A DNA stretch of 38,844 nt from Verrucomicrobiota bacterium. GTDB taxonomy: Bacteria; Verrucomicrobiota; Verrucomicrobiia; Verrucomicrobiales; DEV007. Position numbers and translations under genes: made by a program. A model generated the notes under the pieces. That model worked only from the letters and a program-made list of their open reading frames with translations, was not told the origin of the DNA and ran no database searches. Location: contig JASFYY010000013.1 of assembly GCA_045046875.1 (NCBI GenBank), positions 1 to 38,844 on the forward strand, read 5' to 3'. Positions 8,090 to 17,661 of the stretch are shown piece after piece; position 1 is the stretch's first letter; every line of letters begins with the position of its first letter.

Positions 8090-9553
8090 GTGGAGTCACC
8101 CGAGGGAGTCGAGAATGCGTCCGCTGACGAAGCGCATGCCGGCTCATCGGCTGCGAATGAGATGGTCGTCCTGGGTGGTGGTCCCTGCGGCATGTATGCG
8201 GCCTTGACCTTGGCCAAGGCAGGCAAAAAGGTCACCCTGTTGGAGAAAGAGGAAGTGACCGGTGGTTTGGCACGCGGGCACAAACGCGGCGAGAATTTTT
8301 ATGATCTCGGTTGCCACATGTTGCACGCTTTTGATAAAGAGATCTTTGAAACCATCAAGGGCATCATGGGCGAGGAGCGCATCGAGGTGCCATTGAATGC
8401 GACGATCAAATGGGCGGGAGCTTTTTATCGTTACCCGCTGCAGTTTGGCGATATGGTGAAAGGCATGCCGAAGGTTATGTTGATTCGCTGTTCAGTGGGT
8501 TTGCTTTTTTATCAATTGCTCAACAAGATCAATCCCAAGGAGCCGCAAAACGCGGAAGAGGCTTTGATTCAACTTTACGGCAAACCGCTGTATCGTTTTT
8601 TCTTCAAAGATTTCACCGAGAATTACTGGGGTTTCCCGACCACTGAATTGTCGGCGACTTTTATCACCACCAAAATGCCGCGCTTGTCGGCGGTGGATGT
8701 GATCAAGAAAATGCTCGGCAAGTTCGGGATCAAGGAAAAGGATGGAGGTGCGGTGGAGAGTGCGTTGGCGGAGGAAACTTTGCATTATTCGCGCAATGGC
8801 GCTGAAGGCATGGCTCGCTGTCTCGCGGGTGAGATTGAAAAGCTGGGTTGCCGGGTGATCACCAATGCCGAGGTGAGTAAAATCCACCGCGAGGGGGATC
8901 GCATCGCTTCGATCACTTATCGTGAGGTGCAGGACGGGGGAGGTAGCAAGCAGCATGAGATCAGATGTGATCAAGTGATCTCGACAATACCAATTCATGA
9001 TTTTGTCAAAGCGGCGGGTGAGCTGGCTCCGGATGAGGTGCGTGAGGCAGCGGATCAATTACGCACCAAGCCGATCGCGGTTTATGGTTTGTTGGTGAAA
9101 AAAGAAAAAGCGATCAATTCACTTTATATCTATTACCGCAGTCGTTGTTTCCACCGGGTGGGAGAACCTAAAAACGCAGGGCTGACGGTGAGGCCGGCGG
9201 ATCACACGGTATTGATTGTCGAGACCACTTGTGAGGTGGGGGATGAAAAATGGAATGGGGAGCAGTCGTTCATTGATAAAATCGCAGCTGATCTCGAGGA
9301 CGAAGGCATTTGCACAAAAGAGGAAATCGTCGAGACCCATGTGTTGCGAACCCGGCATGGTTATCCAGTGTTTGATTTGGGTTTTGAGCCTCATCTGGAG
9401 AGCGTGCAGAACTTCGTCGCCTCGCTGCTGAATGTGCAGTCGGTGGGGCGCCAAGGCGGCTTTTGTTACCCTAACATGCACTCTGCGATGCGTATGGGGG
9501 CGAATGCGGCGGATGAAATTCTCAAACAGACGGTCGATGCAAGTGAAAGCTAA
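8090..9553 (+). CDS. FAD-dependent oxidoreductase (protoporphyrinogen oxidase / UDP-Galp mutase-like superfamily)
   Basis: VVLGGGPCGMYAA...LEK...GGLA, DLGCH and C-terminal GRQGGFCYPNM motifs. Confidence 0.85.
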   Translation: MESPEGVENASADEAHAGSSAANEMVVLGGGPCGMYAALTLAKAGKKVTLLEKEEVTGGLARGHKRGENFYDLGCHMLHAFDKEIFETIKGIMGEERIEVPLNATIKWAGAFYRYPLQFGDMVKGMPKVMLIRCSVGLLFYQLLNKINPKEPQNAEEALIQLYGKPLYRFFFKDFTENYWGFPTTELSATFITTKMPRLSAVDVIKKMLGKFGIKEKDGGAVESALAEETLHYSRNGAEGMARCLAGEIEKLGCRVITNAEVSKIHREGDRIASITYREVQDGGGSKQHEIRCDQVISTIPIHDFVKAAGELAPDEVREAADQLRTKPIAVYGLLVKKEKAINSLYIYYRSRCFHRVGEPKNAGLTVRPADHTVLIVETTCEVGDEKWNGEQSFIDKIAADLEDEGICTKEEIVETHVLRTRHGYPVFDLGFEPHLESVQNFVASLLNVQSVGRQGGFCYPNMHSAMRMGANAADEILKQTVDASES

Positions 9554-9653
9554 GTCGAAATTTGAAATGGGCTGTTCGGAGATGGGGCAAGCGGTGCGCT
9601 CGTCTTACAATTTTGCTGCGGGGAGGGCGTCTTCAGTGAACCGCTTTTGAGTT

Positions 9654-11570
9654 ATGTGTGCTATTTTTGGATTCTCCGGTTTTAATGATCCCGACTACCT
9701 GCGTCGCATGGGGAAGATATTGCGGCATCGTGGGCCGGACGGGGAAGGTTTTTTTGAAGCGGACCGGTTTGCTTTTGGCAACCGCCGGCTTTCGATCATT
9801 GACTTGGAAGGCGGTGATCAGCCGATCTACAATGAGGACGATGATCTGGTGGTTGTCCAGAATGGTGAGATCTACAATTATGTTGAATTGCGCGAGCAGC
9901 TCAAGGCTTGCGGGCATGTGTTCAAGACTCATTCGGATACCGAAGTGCTGGTACACGGTTTTGAAGAGTGGGGCGAGCAGGTGGTGCAGAAGCTCAATGG
10001 CATGTTTGCTTTTGCGGTTCACAATCGCAAAAGCGGCGATACCTTTTTCGCTCGTGATCGCTGCGGGCAGAAGCCGTTTTATTACTGGAACCAGCAGGGA
10101 AAATTTGTTTTTGCTTCGGAGATCAAAGCGATTGTGGCCTGTCCGCATGTTGAACGGGCGGCGAATCTCAATGCGATCGATCCCTATCTGACTCTGCGCT
10201 ACGTGCCGGAGCCGGAGACGATGTTCAAGGATATTTATACCTTGCCGGCGGGGCATACGCTGACCTTGAAGGCCTCGGGCGAGGTGGCGGTCAAGCGCTA
10301 CTGGCAGCCGCCTTTGAAACAGGATCGCGATTACGCTTCCGACGGTGAGTATCTGGAGCAGCTCGATCACAAGTTTCGCGATGCAGTGAAGCTGACGATG
10401 CGCAGTGATGTGCCGGTGGCGGCCTATTTGAGTGCGGGGGTGGATTCTTCGATCATCACGGCGGCGGCCAAGGAATTTAATTCTGATCTGCATACCTTTT
10501 CGCTGGGTTTTGACTCGCCGATTGATGAAACCAAAGACGCGGCGGCGACCGCGAAATTGCTGGGTACCACTCATCATGAGATCGACGTGGTGCCCGACGA
10601 CTTTGATCGTCTGCCGGAGATTATTTGGCAGATGGATCGTCCGGTGGGTGATGCTTTGATCATTGCCTTTGACCGTTTGGCGGCCAGTTGTTCGCAGGAT
10701 TTTAAAGTGGTGCTGGGTGGTGAGGGAGCGGATGAGATGTTCGCCGGTTATTCTTTTCACAAGATCACCCAGTTGGTTGAACTTTATAGAAAGACCGTGC
10801 CGGGGTTTATGCATTCGGGTTTGGCGATGCCTTCGTTGAAAATGCTACCGGTGGGTTTGCTGAATAAGTTTTTCGCTTTTCCGGCTTACCTCGGAGAGAG
10901 TGGCAAGCAGCGTTTGGTGGAATTTATGGGCCCTTATTACAAAAGGCCGATGCGGGAAAACTATTTTGCTTTAAAAACTTTGTGGAGTGAGGATGATCGC
11001 CGTGCTGCTTATGGAAGTCATGAGCAGTTGCGCGCGTCGAGCGATTGGATCGCGGCGACTCCAGATGAGAAGGGGCCGTTCCTCGATCGTTTGCTCAAAT
11101 TGCAATATGACGAGTGGTTACAGGACTGGGCACTGATTCGGCAGGATAAAAACACCATGGCGCACTCATTGGAAATCCGGCTGCCTTTTCTCGATCATGA
11201 GCTGATCGATCTGGCTTTTCAAATGCCACCGCATTTAAAAGCGAAGTGGTTCAAGGACAAGATCATCGAGCGTCAGCTCGCGGCGAAGATGTTGCCATCG
11301 GAAGTGGCCAACCGTCCCAAAAATCCGTTTTTCCTGCCGATGGAATATTTTTTCACCAACCCGAAGATCAAGGAGCTGATCGAGTTGACCTTGAATGAAG
11401 AGCAGGTGAAAAAGCGCGGTTATTTCGATCCCAAAGTGATCCGCAATTTGGTTGACGGCATGCAGGGGCAGGACTTCGTCAGCTTGAAGCAGGTTATGTC
11501 ACTGGTTATCCTTGAGCTGTGGCACATGATCTTCATCGATCAATCGATACGCTTTGATGACGAGGCTTAG
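9654..11570 (+). CDS. asnB: Asparagine synthase-family glutamine amidotransferase
   Basis: N-terminal Cys2, HRGPD, RRLSIIDL, NGEIYN, LSAGVDSS, GEGADE and SLEIRLPFLD motifs. Confidence 0.92.
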   Translation: MCAIFGFSGFNDPDYLRRMGKILRHRGPDGEGFFEADRFAFGNRRLSIIDLEGGDQPIYNEDDDLVVVQNGEIYNYVELREQLKACGHVFKTHSDTEVLVHGFEEWGEQVVQKLNGMFAFAVHNRKSGDTFFARDRCGQKPFYYWNQQGKFVFASEIKAIVACPHVERAANLNAIDPYLTLRYVPEPETMFKDIYTLPAGHTLTLKASGEVAVKRYWQPPLKQDRDYASDGEYLEQLDHKFRDAVKLTMRSDVPVAAYLSAGVDSSIITAAAKEFNSDLHTFSLGFDSPIDETKDAAATAKLLGTTHHEIDVVPDDFDRLPEIIWQMDRPVGDALIIAFDRLAASCSQDFKVVLGGEGADEMFAGYSFHKITQLVELYRKTVPGFMHSGLAMPSLKMLPVGLLNKFFAFPAYLGESGKQRLVEFMGPYYKRPMRENYFALKTLWSEDDRRAAYGSHEQLRASSDWIAATPDEKGPFLDRLLKLQYDEWLQDWALIRQDKNTMAHSLEIRLPFLDHELIDLAFQMPPHLKAKWFKDKIIERQLAAKMLPSEVANRPKNPFFLPMEYFFTNPKIKELIELTLNEEQVKKRGYFDPKVIRNLVDGMQGQDFVSLKQVMSLVILELWHMIFIDQSIRFDDEA

Positions 11571-11598
11571 GGGATTGAGCCAATATCTCAGGCGGTCA

Positions 11599-12546
11599 TT
11601 ATTTTTCAAGTGCATCCGCAGCTAGGGCGCTGCTGCCGATGATGCCGGCGTCGTTGCCGAGTTGGGCGGGGATGATCTTGAGATCGGTCCAGAATTCAGC
11701 GCTGAGAGTGGTGCGCAGTTGTTCTTTTAGTGGATCAAATAACACGTCGCCGGCGTGGGCGACTCCGCCGCCGATGACGATGGCGTCGGGGTTGAGCAGG
11801 TAGATGGTGCTGGCCAGGGTGGTGCCGAGGTAGAGCGCGACATCCTGCCAGACCTGGGCAGCGATTTTGTCTCCATCGGAGGCGGCTTTGACCAGGGTTT
11901 CGAGTGAGGCCAATTCGGGTGAATCGTCGGGACGGCGTCCGGCATTGCGGAAGCGGCGCACGGCGATTTCGTGGATCTGTTGGTGGCCGACGTAGCGCTC
12001 AAGCGCCCCGTGGTTTCCATAAGGGCCGTCCACGCCTCTGTAATCGATGCTCATCTGTCCGATCTCGCCGGCGACAAACTGGCTACCGCGATAGAGGCGT
12101 CCATCGAGGATCAGCGCGCCGCCGACTCCGGTGCCGAGGGTGACGGCGATGACGTTGCGCAGGCCCTTGGCGGCACCGAATTTCCACTCGGCGTAGGCCA
12201 TGCAGTTGGCGTCGTTGTCCATGGTGACGGGCAGCCTGACTTGTTCGGTGATCAATGATCCGGCGGCGACGCCAAACCAACCGGGAACATTGGTGAGGTT
12301 GTAAGTCACTCCTTTTTCGATATCGACGGCACCGGGGATGCCTAGGCCGATGGCTTGCACCTCTTCGGTGCTTAGACTGCGTAGCTGCTGCACCGCGTCA
12401 ACCATGGCACTGATCGCGGCATCGGGAGAACCCAGTTCGTGAGTGGACAGGCGGATGATATCTCCGAGGCGCTCGGGGCCACGGGTGAGTGCGCATTTGA
12501 TACTGGTGCCGCCGAAGTCGATGCCGATCGTGAGAGGATGAGTCAT
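11599..12546 (-). CDS. ROK family sugar kinase (glucokinase-like)
   Basis: IGIDFGGT, NDANC, TLGTGVGG and GEIGQ motifs. Start placed at ATG 12546. Confidence 0.92.
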   Translation of the reverse strand: MTHPLTIGIDFGGTSIKCALTRGPERLGDIIRLSTHELGSPDAAISAMVDAVQQLRSLSTEEVQAIGLGIPGAVDIEKGVTYNLTNVPGWFGVAAGSLITEQVRLPVTMDNDANCMAYAEWKFGAAKGLRNVIAVTLGTGVGGALILDGRLYRGSQFVAGEIGQMSIDYRGVDGPYGNHGALERYVGHQQIHEIAVRRFRNAGRRPDDSPELASLETLVKAASDGDKIAAQVWQDVALYLGTTLASTIYLLNPDAIVIGGGVAHAGDVLFDPLKEQLRTTLSAEFWTDLKIIPAQLGNDAGIIGSSALAADALEK

Positions 12547-12617
12547 GTTAGGAAAAATCAGGAAGTGAAATTGAGGTTGCCGATGTGATTCAATCACTAT
12601 CGTAATTCAAACATATC

Positions 12618-12693
12618 TCAGTGTCTATCCGTGTGAATCAGTGGTTAAATATTAATTTGAGGTTTAACCACTGAGGGCACTGATGAACACTGA
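12618..12693. repeat. Imperfect inverted repeat built from short iterated units
   Basis: TCAGTGGTTAAA (12638-12649) / TTTAACCACTGA (12663-12674), extended outward by TCAGTG/TCCGTG units on the left and CACTGA units on the right at 9-10 bp spacing. Confidence 0.75.
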
Positions 12694-12716
12694 TTTTTTT
12701 AAGGGCTGCGGTCCTT

Positions 12717-13493
12717 TTACTGAACGTGCGGGTGTTTAAAATTGAGGTTGCCGATGATGCGCAAACCTTCCAGGGTGAGGTAGCTTTCGACGGTTTGGAT
12801 TTGCGGCAGTCCGGCAGCGATCAGTTCGGCGTATCCGCCGGTGGCTACGATCATCGGTGATTTGCCGGAGGGCAGTTCTTTTTCGACTTGGACCAGAATC
12901 TCCTGCACCAGTCCGCGGTAGCCGTGCACCGCGCCGGAGAGCATGGCGTCGACAGTGGATTTGCCGATGGCGGCGGGCGGTTCGGCGAGGTCGATTTTGG
13001 GTAAGAGGGCGGTGCGCTGGTGCATGTAGTCGGTCATGACATCGAGGCCGGGTGCGATCACGCCACCGATGTAAGCGCGGTCGGCTGAGATGATGTCGAA
13101 GGTGACCGCGGTACCAAAATCGACCACCACTGCCGGGGTGCTGTGATGCAGTGCAACGACGGCGGCGGCGTTAGCGAGGCGGTCGGCGCCGATGCTGGCA
13201 GGGTTGGGGAAGTCCACAGTGATGCCGAGTTGGATCTGGTGATTGATGTCGAGCAGCGGGTATTGCTGGGAAAGGGCATCACGGATGAGCCGGGCTTTTT
13301 CCGGCACCACGGAAGCGAGGATGATTTTTTCGAATTGCCAGCCCTGTAATTCGTTGAGCAGGGTTTTTGCGGTGAGCGTGCGGGTATCGGTGACGCGGTG
13401 TTCGAGCAGTTCGTCGCGATTGGCCAGCGCAAATTTGGTGCGCGAGTTGTTGTTATTGATCAGTAGGTAGGGCGCAGAGGTCTTGGGTGTCAT
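12717..13493 (-). CDS. coaX: Type III pantothenate kinase
   Basis: ASVVP, IGADRLAN, VVDFGTAVTFD, GGVIAPG and ATGG motifs. Confidence 0.93.
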   Translation of the reverse strand: MTPKTSAPYLLINNNNSRTKFALANRDELLEHRVTDTRTLTAKTLLNELQGWQFEKIILASVVPEKARLIRDALSQQYPLLDINHQIQLGITVDFPNPASIGADRLANAAAVVALHHSTPAVVVDFGTAVTFDIISADRAYIGGVIAPGLDVMTDYMHQRTALLPKIDLAEPPAAIGKSTVDAMLSGAVHGYRGLVQEILVQVEKELPSGKSPMIVATGGYAELIAAGLPQIQTVESYLTLEGLRIIGNLNFKHPHVQ

Positions 13494-13495
13494 GG

Positions 13496-14041
13496 CTAGG
13501 GAGAGTTAGGTTTGCCGGCCCACTGGCTGCTGGTGTATGAACGACTTTGTTGGTCGGGCAGGTCATCTATTTTGAACGCCGCTGTTTTGATGAGCAGCGT
13601 GGAATGGGCGATTTTTAATGTCAGCGGCCCCTTGAGATCGTCGGCGGTGAGCCAGTAGCGCAAGGTGAAGGTTTTGCCTTTCGATTCGGGGATGGGTGTG
13701 GGGCTATGGAAGGGCAGGAAAAATACCGGCACCTCGCGGGCACCCGCGGCGAGCAGTTGGGTGTCGGGAGGGTTGAGCAGGAGGGTTTGGTCGCTGTCCT
13801 TTTGGCATTCGATTTCGATTTGAGCGAGAAAATGATCGCCGTCCCGGCTGAGAGTAGTTTTTTGTAGCGAAAACCGTGGCTGGGCTTGCTTGCTTGGTTT
13901 TTGTTCAGGATGGGTTTGGGCGAGGGTGATGGGTTTGCGGCCGGCGCTTTTGTCGAGAGGTTGCAAGTTGAGGACATAGTAGAGCCCGCCTGCGATGAGG
14001 ATCAGTAGTAGCCAGAGCTCGAATCTTTTTAACAAAGCCAT
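13496..14041 (-). CDS. Hypothetical membrane-anchored protein
   Basis: N-terminal TM helix (FELWLLLILIAGGLYYVL); ends 2 nt before the coaX start. Confidence 0.7.
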   Translation of the reverse strand: MALLKRFELWLLLILIAGGLYYVLNLQPLDKSAGRKPITLAQTHPEQKPSKQAQPRFSLQKTTLSRDGDHFLAQIEIECQKDSDQTLLLNPPDTQLLAAGAREVPVFFLPFHSPTPIPESKGKTFTLRYWLTADDLKGPLTLKIAHSTLLIKTAAFKIDDLPDQQSRSYTSSQWAGKPNSP

Positions 14042-14153
14042 TGGTGGTGGAATTGAACTTATCATAAGACCGCAGGGAGGCAGAAGAAAAGCGTTTTTAC
14101 CATTTCTCTTACGCTTTCCGTGAGGGTTACAGCCGCACACAACAAAACTTTTG

Positions 14154-14195
14154 CATGGGGTGCCTCCCTATAGTCATGGGGTGCCTCCCTATAGT
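14154..14195. repeat. Perfect 21-bp tandem duplication
   Basis: CATGGGGTGCCTCCCTATAGT occurs twice in tandem. Confidence 0.9.
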
Positions 14196-14315
14196 CAAAT
14201 TGGCGGGCAAGTGAAGGGAGGGGCAAGAAATTGACGGCAGAAGAGGTAAAGGCGACGGGATCGGAAGTTTTTGTCGAGGAGATTACCCTATCTGGCAAGA
14301 GGATGCGGCGGATGA

Positions 14316-14339
14316 GGCAGATATGAAAATCTGCCCTAC
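14316..14339 (-). repeat. GTAG-type REP-like hairpin
   Basis: The minus strand reads GTAG-GGCAGAT-TTTCAT-ATCTGCC. Confidence 0.55.
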
Positions 14340-14451
14340 GCTTTGTTTTAGCCTATGTGGTCTGTTTAGAGCAGGAGTGAAGCGAGACAAAGGCTTGCGG
14401 CAGGAGGATTTGTCCACTATGAATGGCGGCTCACAACAGTGATTGATAAAG

Positions 14452-16995
14452 ATGACGGAACGACGCAAACAATTTCCTTTTGACGAGTTTGAACCCAAGT
14501 GGCAGGCGCTGTGGGACAAAAACAAGACTTTCGCGGTGGCCAATCCGGGTGATGCGGGTTTTGATCCGTCAAAACCCAAGTATTTTGTGCTCGATATGTA
14601 CCCTTACCCGAGTGGCTCGGGTTTGCATGTGGGGCATCCGGAGGGTTACACCGCGACGGATATCATTGGGCGTTTTAAGGCACGCAGTGGTTTTAATGTA
14701 TTGCATCCGATGGGCTGGGACGCTTTTGGTCTGCCGGCCGAGCAGCACGCGATCAAAACAGGTGAGCATCCGCGCATCAATACTGCTAACAATATAGATA
14801 ATTTTCGCCGCCAGCTGAAGTCTTTGGGTTTTGCCTACGACTGGGATCGTGAGATCAATACCACGGACCCGGATTATGTGAAGTGGACGCAGTGGATTTT
14901 TCTCCAGCTTTATAACAGTTATTTTGACGAAAAGACGCAAAAAGCCCGCCCGGTGAGCGAGTTGGAAGAACAGGGTTTGAGCCGCGATGAGATTGATGAT
15001 CGTCGTTTGGCCTACGTGGCGGAGACGCCGGTGAACTGGTCGCCGGATCTTGGTACGGTATTGGCGAATGAAGAGGTGGAGGAATGGCGAGCCAAAGGGC
15101 ACACGGTCGAGCGTCGCCCGTTGCGTCAGTGGATGCTGAGGATCACGGCTTACGCCCAGCGTTTGATTGATGAATTGGACGATTTGGATTGGCCGGAGGG
15201 GATCAAGTTGTTGCAGAAAAACTGGATCGGCCGCAGCGAGGGCGCTGAGGTGGCTTTTCAGATTGGAGATCAGTCGGTGACGGTTTTCACCACCCGCCCG
15301 GATACGCTTTATGGGGCGACCTACATGGTGCTGGCACCGGAGCATCCACTGGTGGATGAAATCGCTGGTGATGAGCAAAAGCAGGCGATAGCGGATTATC
15401 GGGTGAAGTGTTCGGTTAAGTCGGATTTGGAGCGCACCGAGTTGGCGAAAGAGAAGAGCGGGGTGTTCACGGGTGGTTATGCGGTGAATCCGGTTAATGA
15501 TGAAAAGATCCCAGTGTGGATCGCTGATTATGTGCTGATGAGTTACGGCACCGGAGCGATCATGGCGGTACCCGCACACGATGAACGGGATTTCGAATTT
15601 GCCCAGCAGTATGACATCCCAATCGTCGAGGTGGTGAAAAATACGTCCGACGAAAAAAATGAAGGCGATTGTTTTTCAGGCGAGGGCATCGCGATCAACT
15701 CGCCGATGTTTGAGGGCTTGCCGACGGCTGAGGCCAAGGAGAAAATCTGTGCCTGGTTGGAGGAAAAAGAATTGGGACGCAAGACGGTGAATTACAAATT
15801 GCGCGACTGGTTATTTTCGCGTCAACGTTACTGGGGCGAACCTTTTCCGATCGTCTGGCGGGATGGCAAACACGAAGCGCTTGCCGAGAGCGAACTGCCC
15901 TTGTTGGCACCGGAGCTGGAGAATTACAAGCCCAGCGGTACACCCGAACCACTGTTGTCAAAAGCGACGGAGTGGGTGAATTGCGGAGAAGGCTTGAAAC
16001 GCGAAACCAATACCATGCCGCAGTGGGCGGGTTCGTGTTGGTATTACTTGAGATACTGTGATGCTAAAAACAAGGAGCGTTTTGTGTCCGAAGAAGCGGA
16101 GAATTATTGGATGAATGTCGATCTTTATATCGGCGGCACCGAGCACGCGGTATTGCATCTGTTGTATGCGCGTTTTTGGCACAAGGTCTTGCACGATCTC
16201 GGTCAGGTTTCGACGATTGAACCGTTTCAGAGATTGGTGAATCAAGGGCTGATCATGGGCGAGGACGGGGTCAAGATGTCCAAGAGCCGTGGTAATGTGG
16301 TGAACCCCGATGACGTGGTGGAAGGTTATGGCGCGGACAGCCTGCGTTTGTATGAGATGTTCATGGGCCCCTTGGAGCAGGTCAAGCCCTGGTCGATGAA
16401 AGGGGTGGAGGGCGTGTACCGTTTCCTTGGTCGTGTGTGGCGCCTGGTGATGGAGATGGATCAAGAGGGGAGCTGGAGCATGCAGGACAAGTTGGCGCAA
16501 GCGGACTGTGATAAAAAAACGCTCAAGGTGTTGCACCAGACGATCAAAAAAGTCAGTGAGGATATCGAGAGCCTGAGTTTTAACACGGCGATTTCGCAGA
16601 TGATGGTTTGCACCAATGAGTTGAACAAACTCGAGGTATTGCCGCTGTCTGCGGTGGAGACCCTGTTGAGTGTGTTGAACCCTTTCGCTCCGCATGTGAC
16701 GGAGGAGTTGCATGCTTTGCTGGCCGAAAAGTTTCCGCAGAGTGTGTCTGGTGAACTTTCCCAAATCGACTGGCCACAGTGGAACGAGGATTACTTGATC
16801 GAAGACGAAATTGAAATAGTTGTGCAGGTGAATGGCAAGCTGCGAGATAGGATAACCATCAGTAAGGATGCTGATAAGGAGGAAGTGGAGAAACTGGCTT
16901 TGGATCGGGATAAGGTGAAAGAACACATTGATGGTAAGACGGTGCGGAAGGTGATTGTCGTGCCGGGTAGGCTGGTGAACGTGGTGGCGAATTGA
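14452..16995 (+). CDS. leuS: Leucine--tRNA ligase
   Basis: [21 protein letters not shown] editing domain, [24 protein letters not shown] and VQVNGKLR motifs. Confidence 0.98.
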   Translation: MTERRKQFPFDEFEPKWQALWDKNKTFAVANPGDAGFDPSKPKYFVLDMYPYPSGSGLHVGHPEGYTATDIIGRFKARSGFNVLHPMGWDAFGLPAEQHAIKTGEHPRINTANNIDNFRRQLKSLGFAYDWDREINTTDPDYVKWTQWIFLQLYNSYFDEKTQKARPVSELEEQGLSRDEIDDRRLAYVAETPVNWSPDLGTVLANEEVEEWRAKGHTVERRPLRQWMLRITAYAQRLIDELDDLDWPEGIKLLQKNWIGRSEGAEVAFQIGDQSVTVFTTRPDTLYGATYMVLAPEHPLVDEIAGDEQKQAIADYRVKCSVKSDLERTELAKEKSGVFTGGYAVNPVNDEKIPVWIADYVLMSYGTGAIMAVPAHDERDFEFAQQYDIPIVEVVKNTSDEKNEGDCFSGEGIAINSPMFEGLPTAEAKEKICAWLEEKELGRKTVNYKLRDWLFSRQRYWGEPFPIVWRDGKHEALAESELPLLAPELENYKPSGTPEPLLSKATEWVNCGEGLKRETNTMPQWAGSCWYYLRYCDAKNKERFVSEEAENYWMNVDLYIGGTEHAVLHLLYARFWHKVLHDLGQVSTIEPFQRLVNQGLIMGEDGVKMSKSRGNVVNPDDVVEGYGADSLRLYEMFMGPLEQVKPWSMKGVEGVYRFLGRVWRLVMEMDQEGSWSMQDKLAQADCDKKTLKVLHQTIKKVSEDIESLSFNTAISQMMVCTNELNKLEVLPLSAVETLLSVLNPFAPHVTEELHALLAEKFPQSVSGELSQIDWPQWNEDYLIEDEIEIVVQVNGKLRDRITISKDADKEEVEKLALDRDKVKEHIDGKTVRKVIVVPGRLVNVVAN

Positions 16996-17054
16996 GGGAT
17001 AAGGCCACCGTCAGCAAAGAGGTCGAGAAAGACGAAGTGGAAAATCAGTCTTTG
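16992..17054 (+). pseudogene. Diverged duplicate fragment of the leuS 3' region
   Basis: [21 protein letters not shown] aligns without gaps to Leu[22 protein letters not shown] (16840-16902) at 11/21 aa and 43/63 nt. Confidence 0.75.
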
Positions 17055-17182
17055 ATCACCGTTATTCCAGCACAGGACTCCCGTCCCGTGTGCGGTCGCC
17101 ATCGGATCGAGGATCGAGCTCACCGGATGTTTTTGAAGGCGAATGTGATTGGGGTAAACCACAGGGCAGGGAGGTCTGGTAG
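17055..17182 (+). pseudogene. mazE: MazE-type antitoxin, C-terminal remnant
   Basis: GRHRIED followed, in another frame, by the typical DWGKPQGREVW* ending. The N-terminal AbrB domain is absent. Confidence 0.8.
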
Positions 17183-17549
17183 AGTCTTCCTATGTTCCGG
17201 CACAAGGCGATTTTGTTGTGATCTCCTTTGACCCCCAAGCTGGCCATGAGCAGAGATGGCGACGACCAGGGCTCATGGTAAGTGTAGATCAGTTCAACCG
17301 AGGGGAGGTCTGGCATTTTGCTGCCCGATAACGAACACAGGTCGCGGCACGGCTTTTCATGTGCCTGCTCCTGTTGATTCAGGACTAACTGGATTTGTGA
17401 GGTGTGAACAGATGAAGTCTATCGATTATCGAGCACGAAGCATCAAACGGGCGGGTGAAGCATCCCGAAAATTTTTGGAGGAGGTGCTCTCGGTAATCGA
17501 CGCCTGCCTTTTCACCAAGAGCGAACAAAGCATTGATCCAAATACCTGA
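17183..17549 (+). pseudogene. mazF: MazF/PemK endoribonuclease toxin, frameshifted
   Basis: YVPAQGDFVVISFDPQAGHEQRWRRPGLMVS, then a frameshift near 17305 into GLAFCCPITNT...EQMKSIDYRAR. There is no ATG at the expected start. Confidence 0.88.
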
Positions 17550-17661
17550 GTAGCGACCATAAGTTATGAGATTTTTACAAAAAAGGTCATACTTCCTCGC
17601 GCGCTCTTTAATCTGTTTCAAAAATCAGGTATTTTCGGGTATAATCTGGCAATAATAACAG

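Noticed and set aside
6915..8147. 410-aa antisense ORF, and similar ones at 9633-10814, 14569-15579, 15958-16926 and 23655-24560
   Set aside because: They are shadows of well-supported genes on the opposite strand and show no recognisable motifs.
14140..14451. T-box or attenuator upstream of leuS
   Set aside because: No T-box consensus or terminator/antiterminator structure is visible.
16992..17231. 79-aa ORF as a real gene
   Set aside because: It is a chimera of the leuS-tail copy, part of mazE and out-of-frame sequence.
17256..17549. 97-aa ORF as an intact toxin
   Set aside because: Its N-terminus is out of frame; the true MazF N-terminus lies in another frame.
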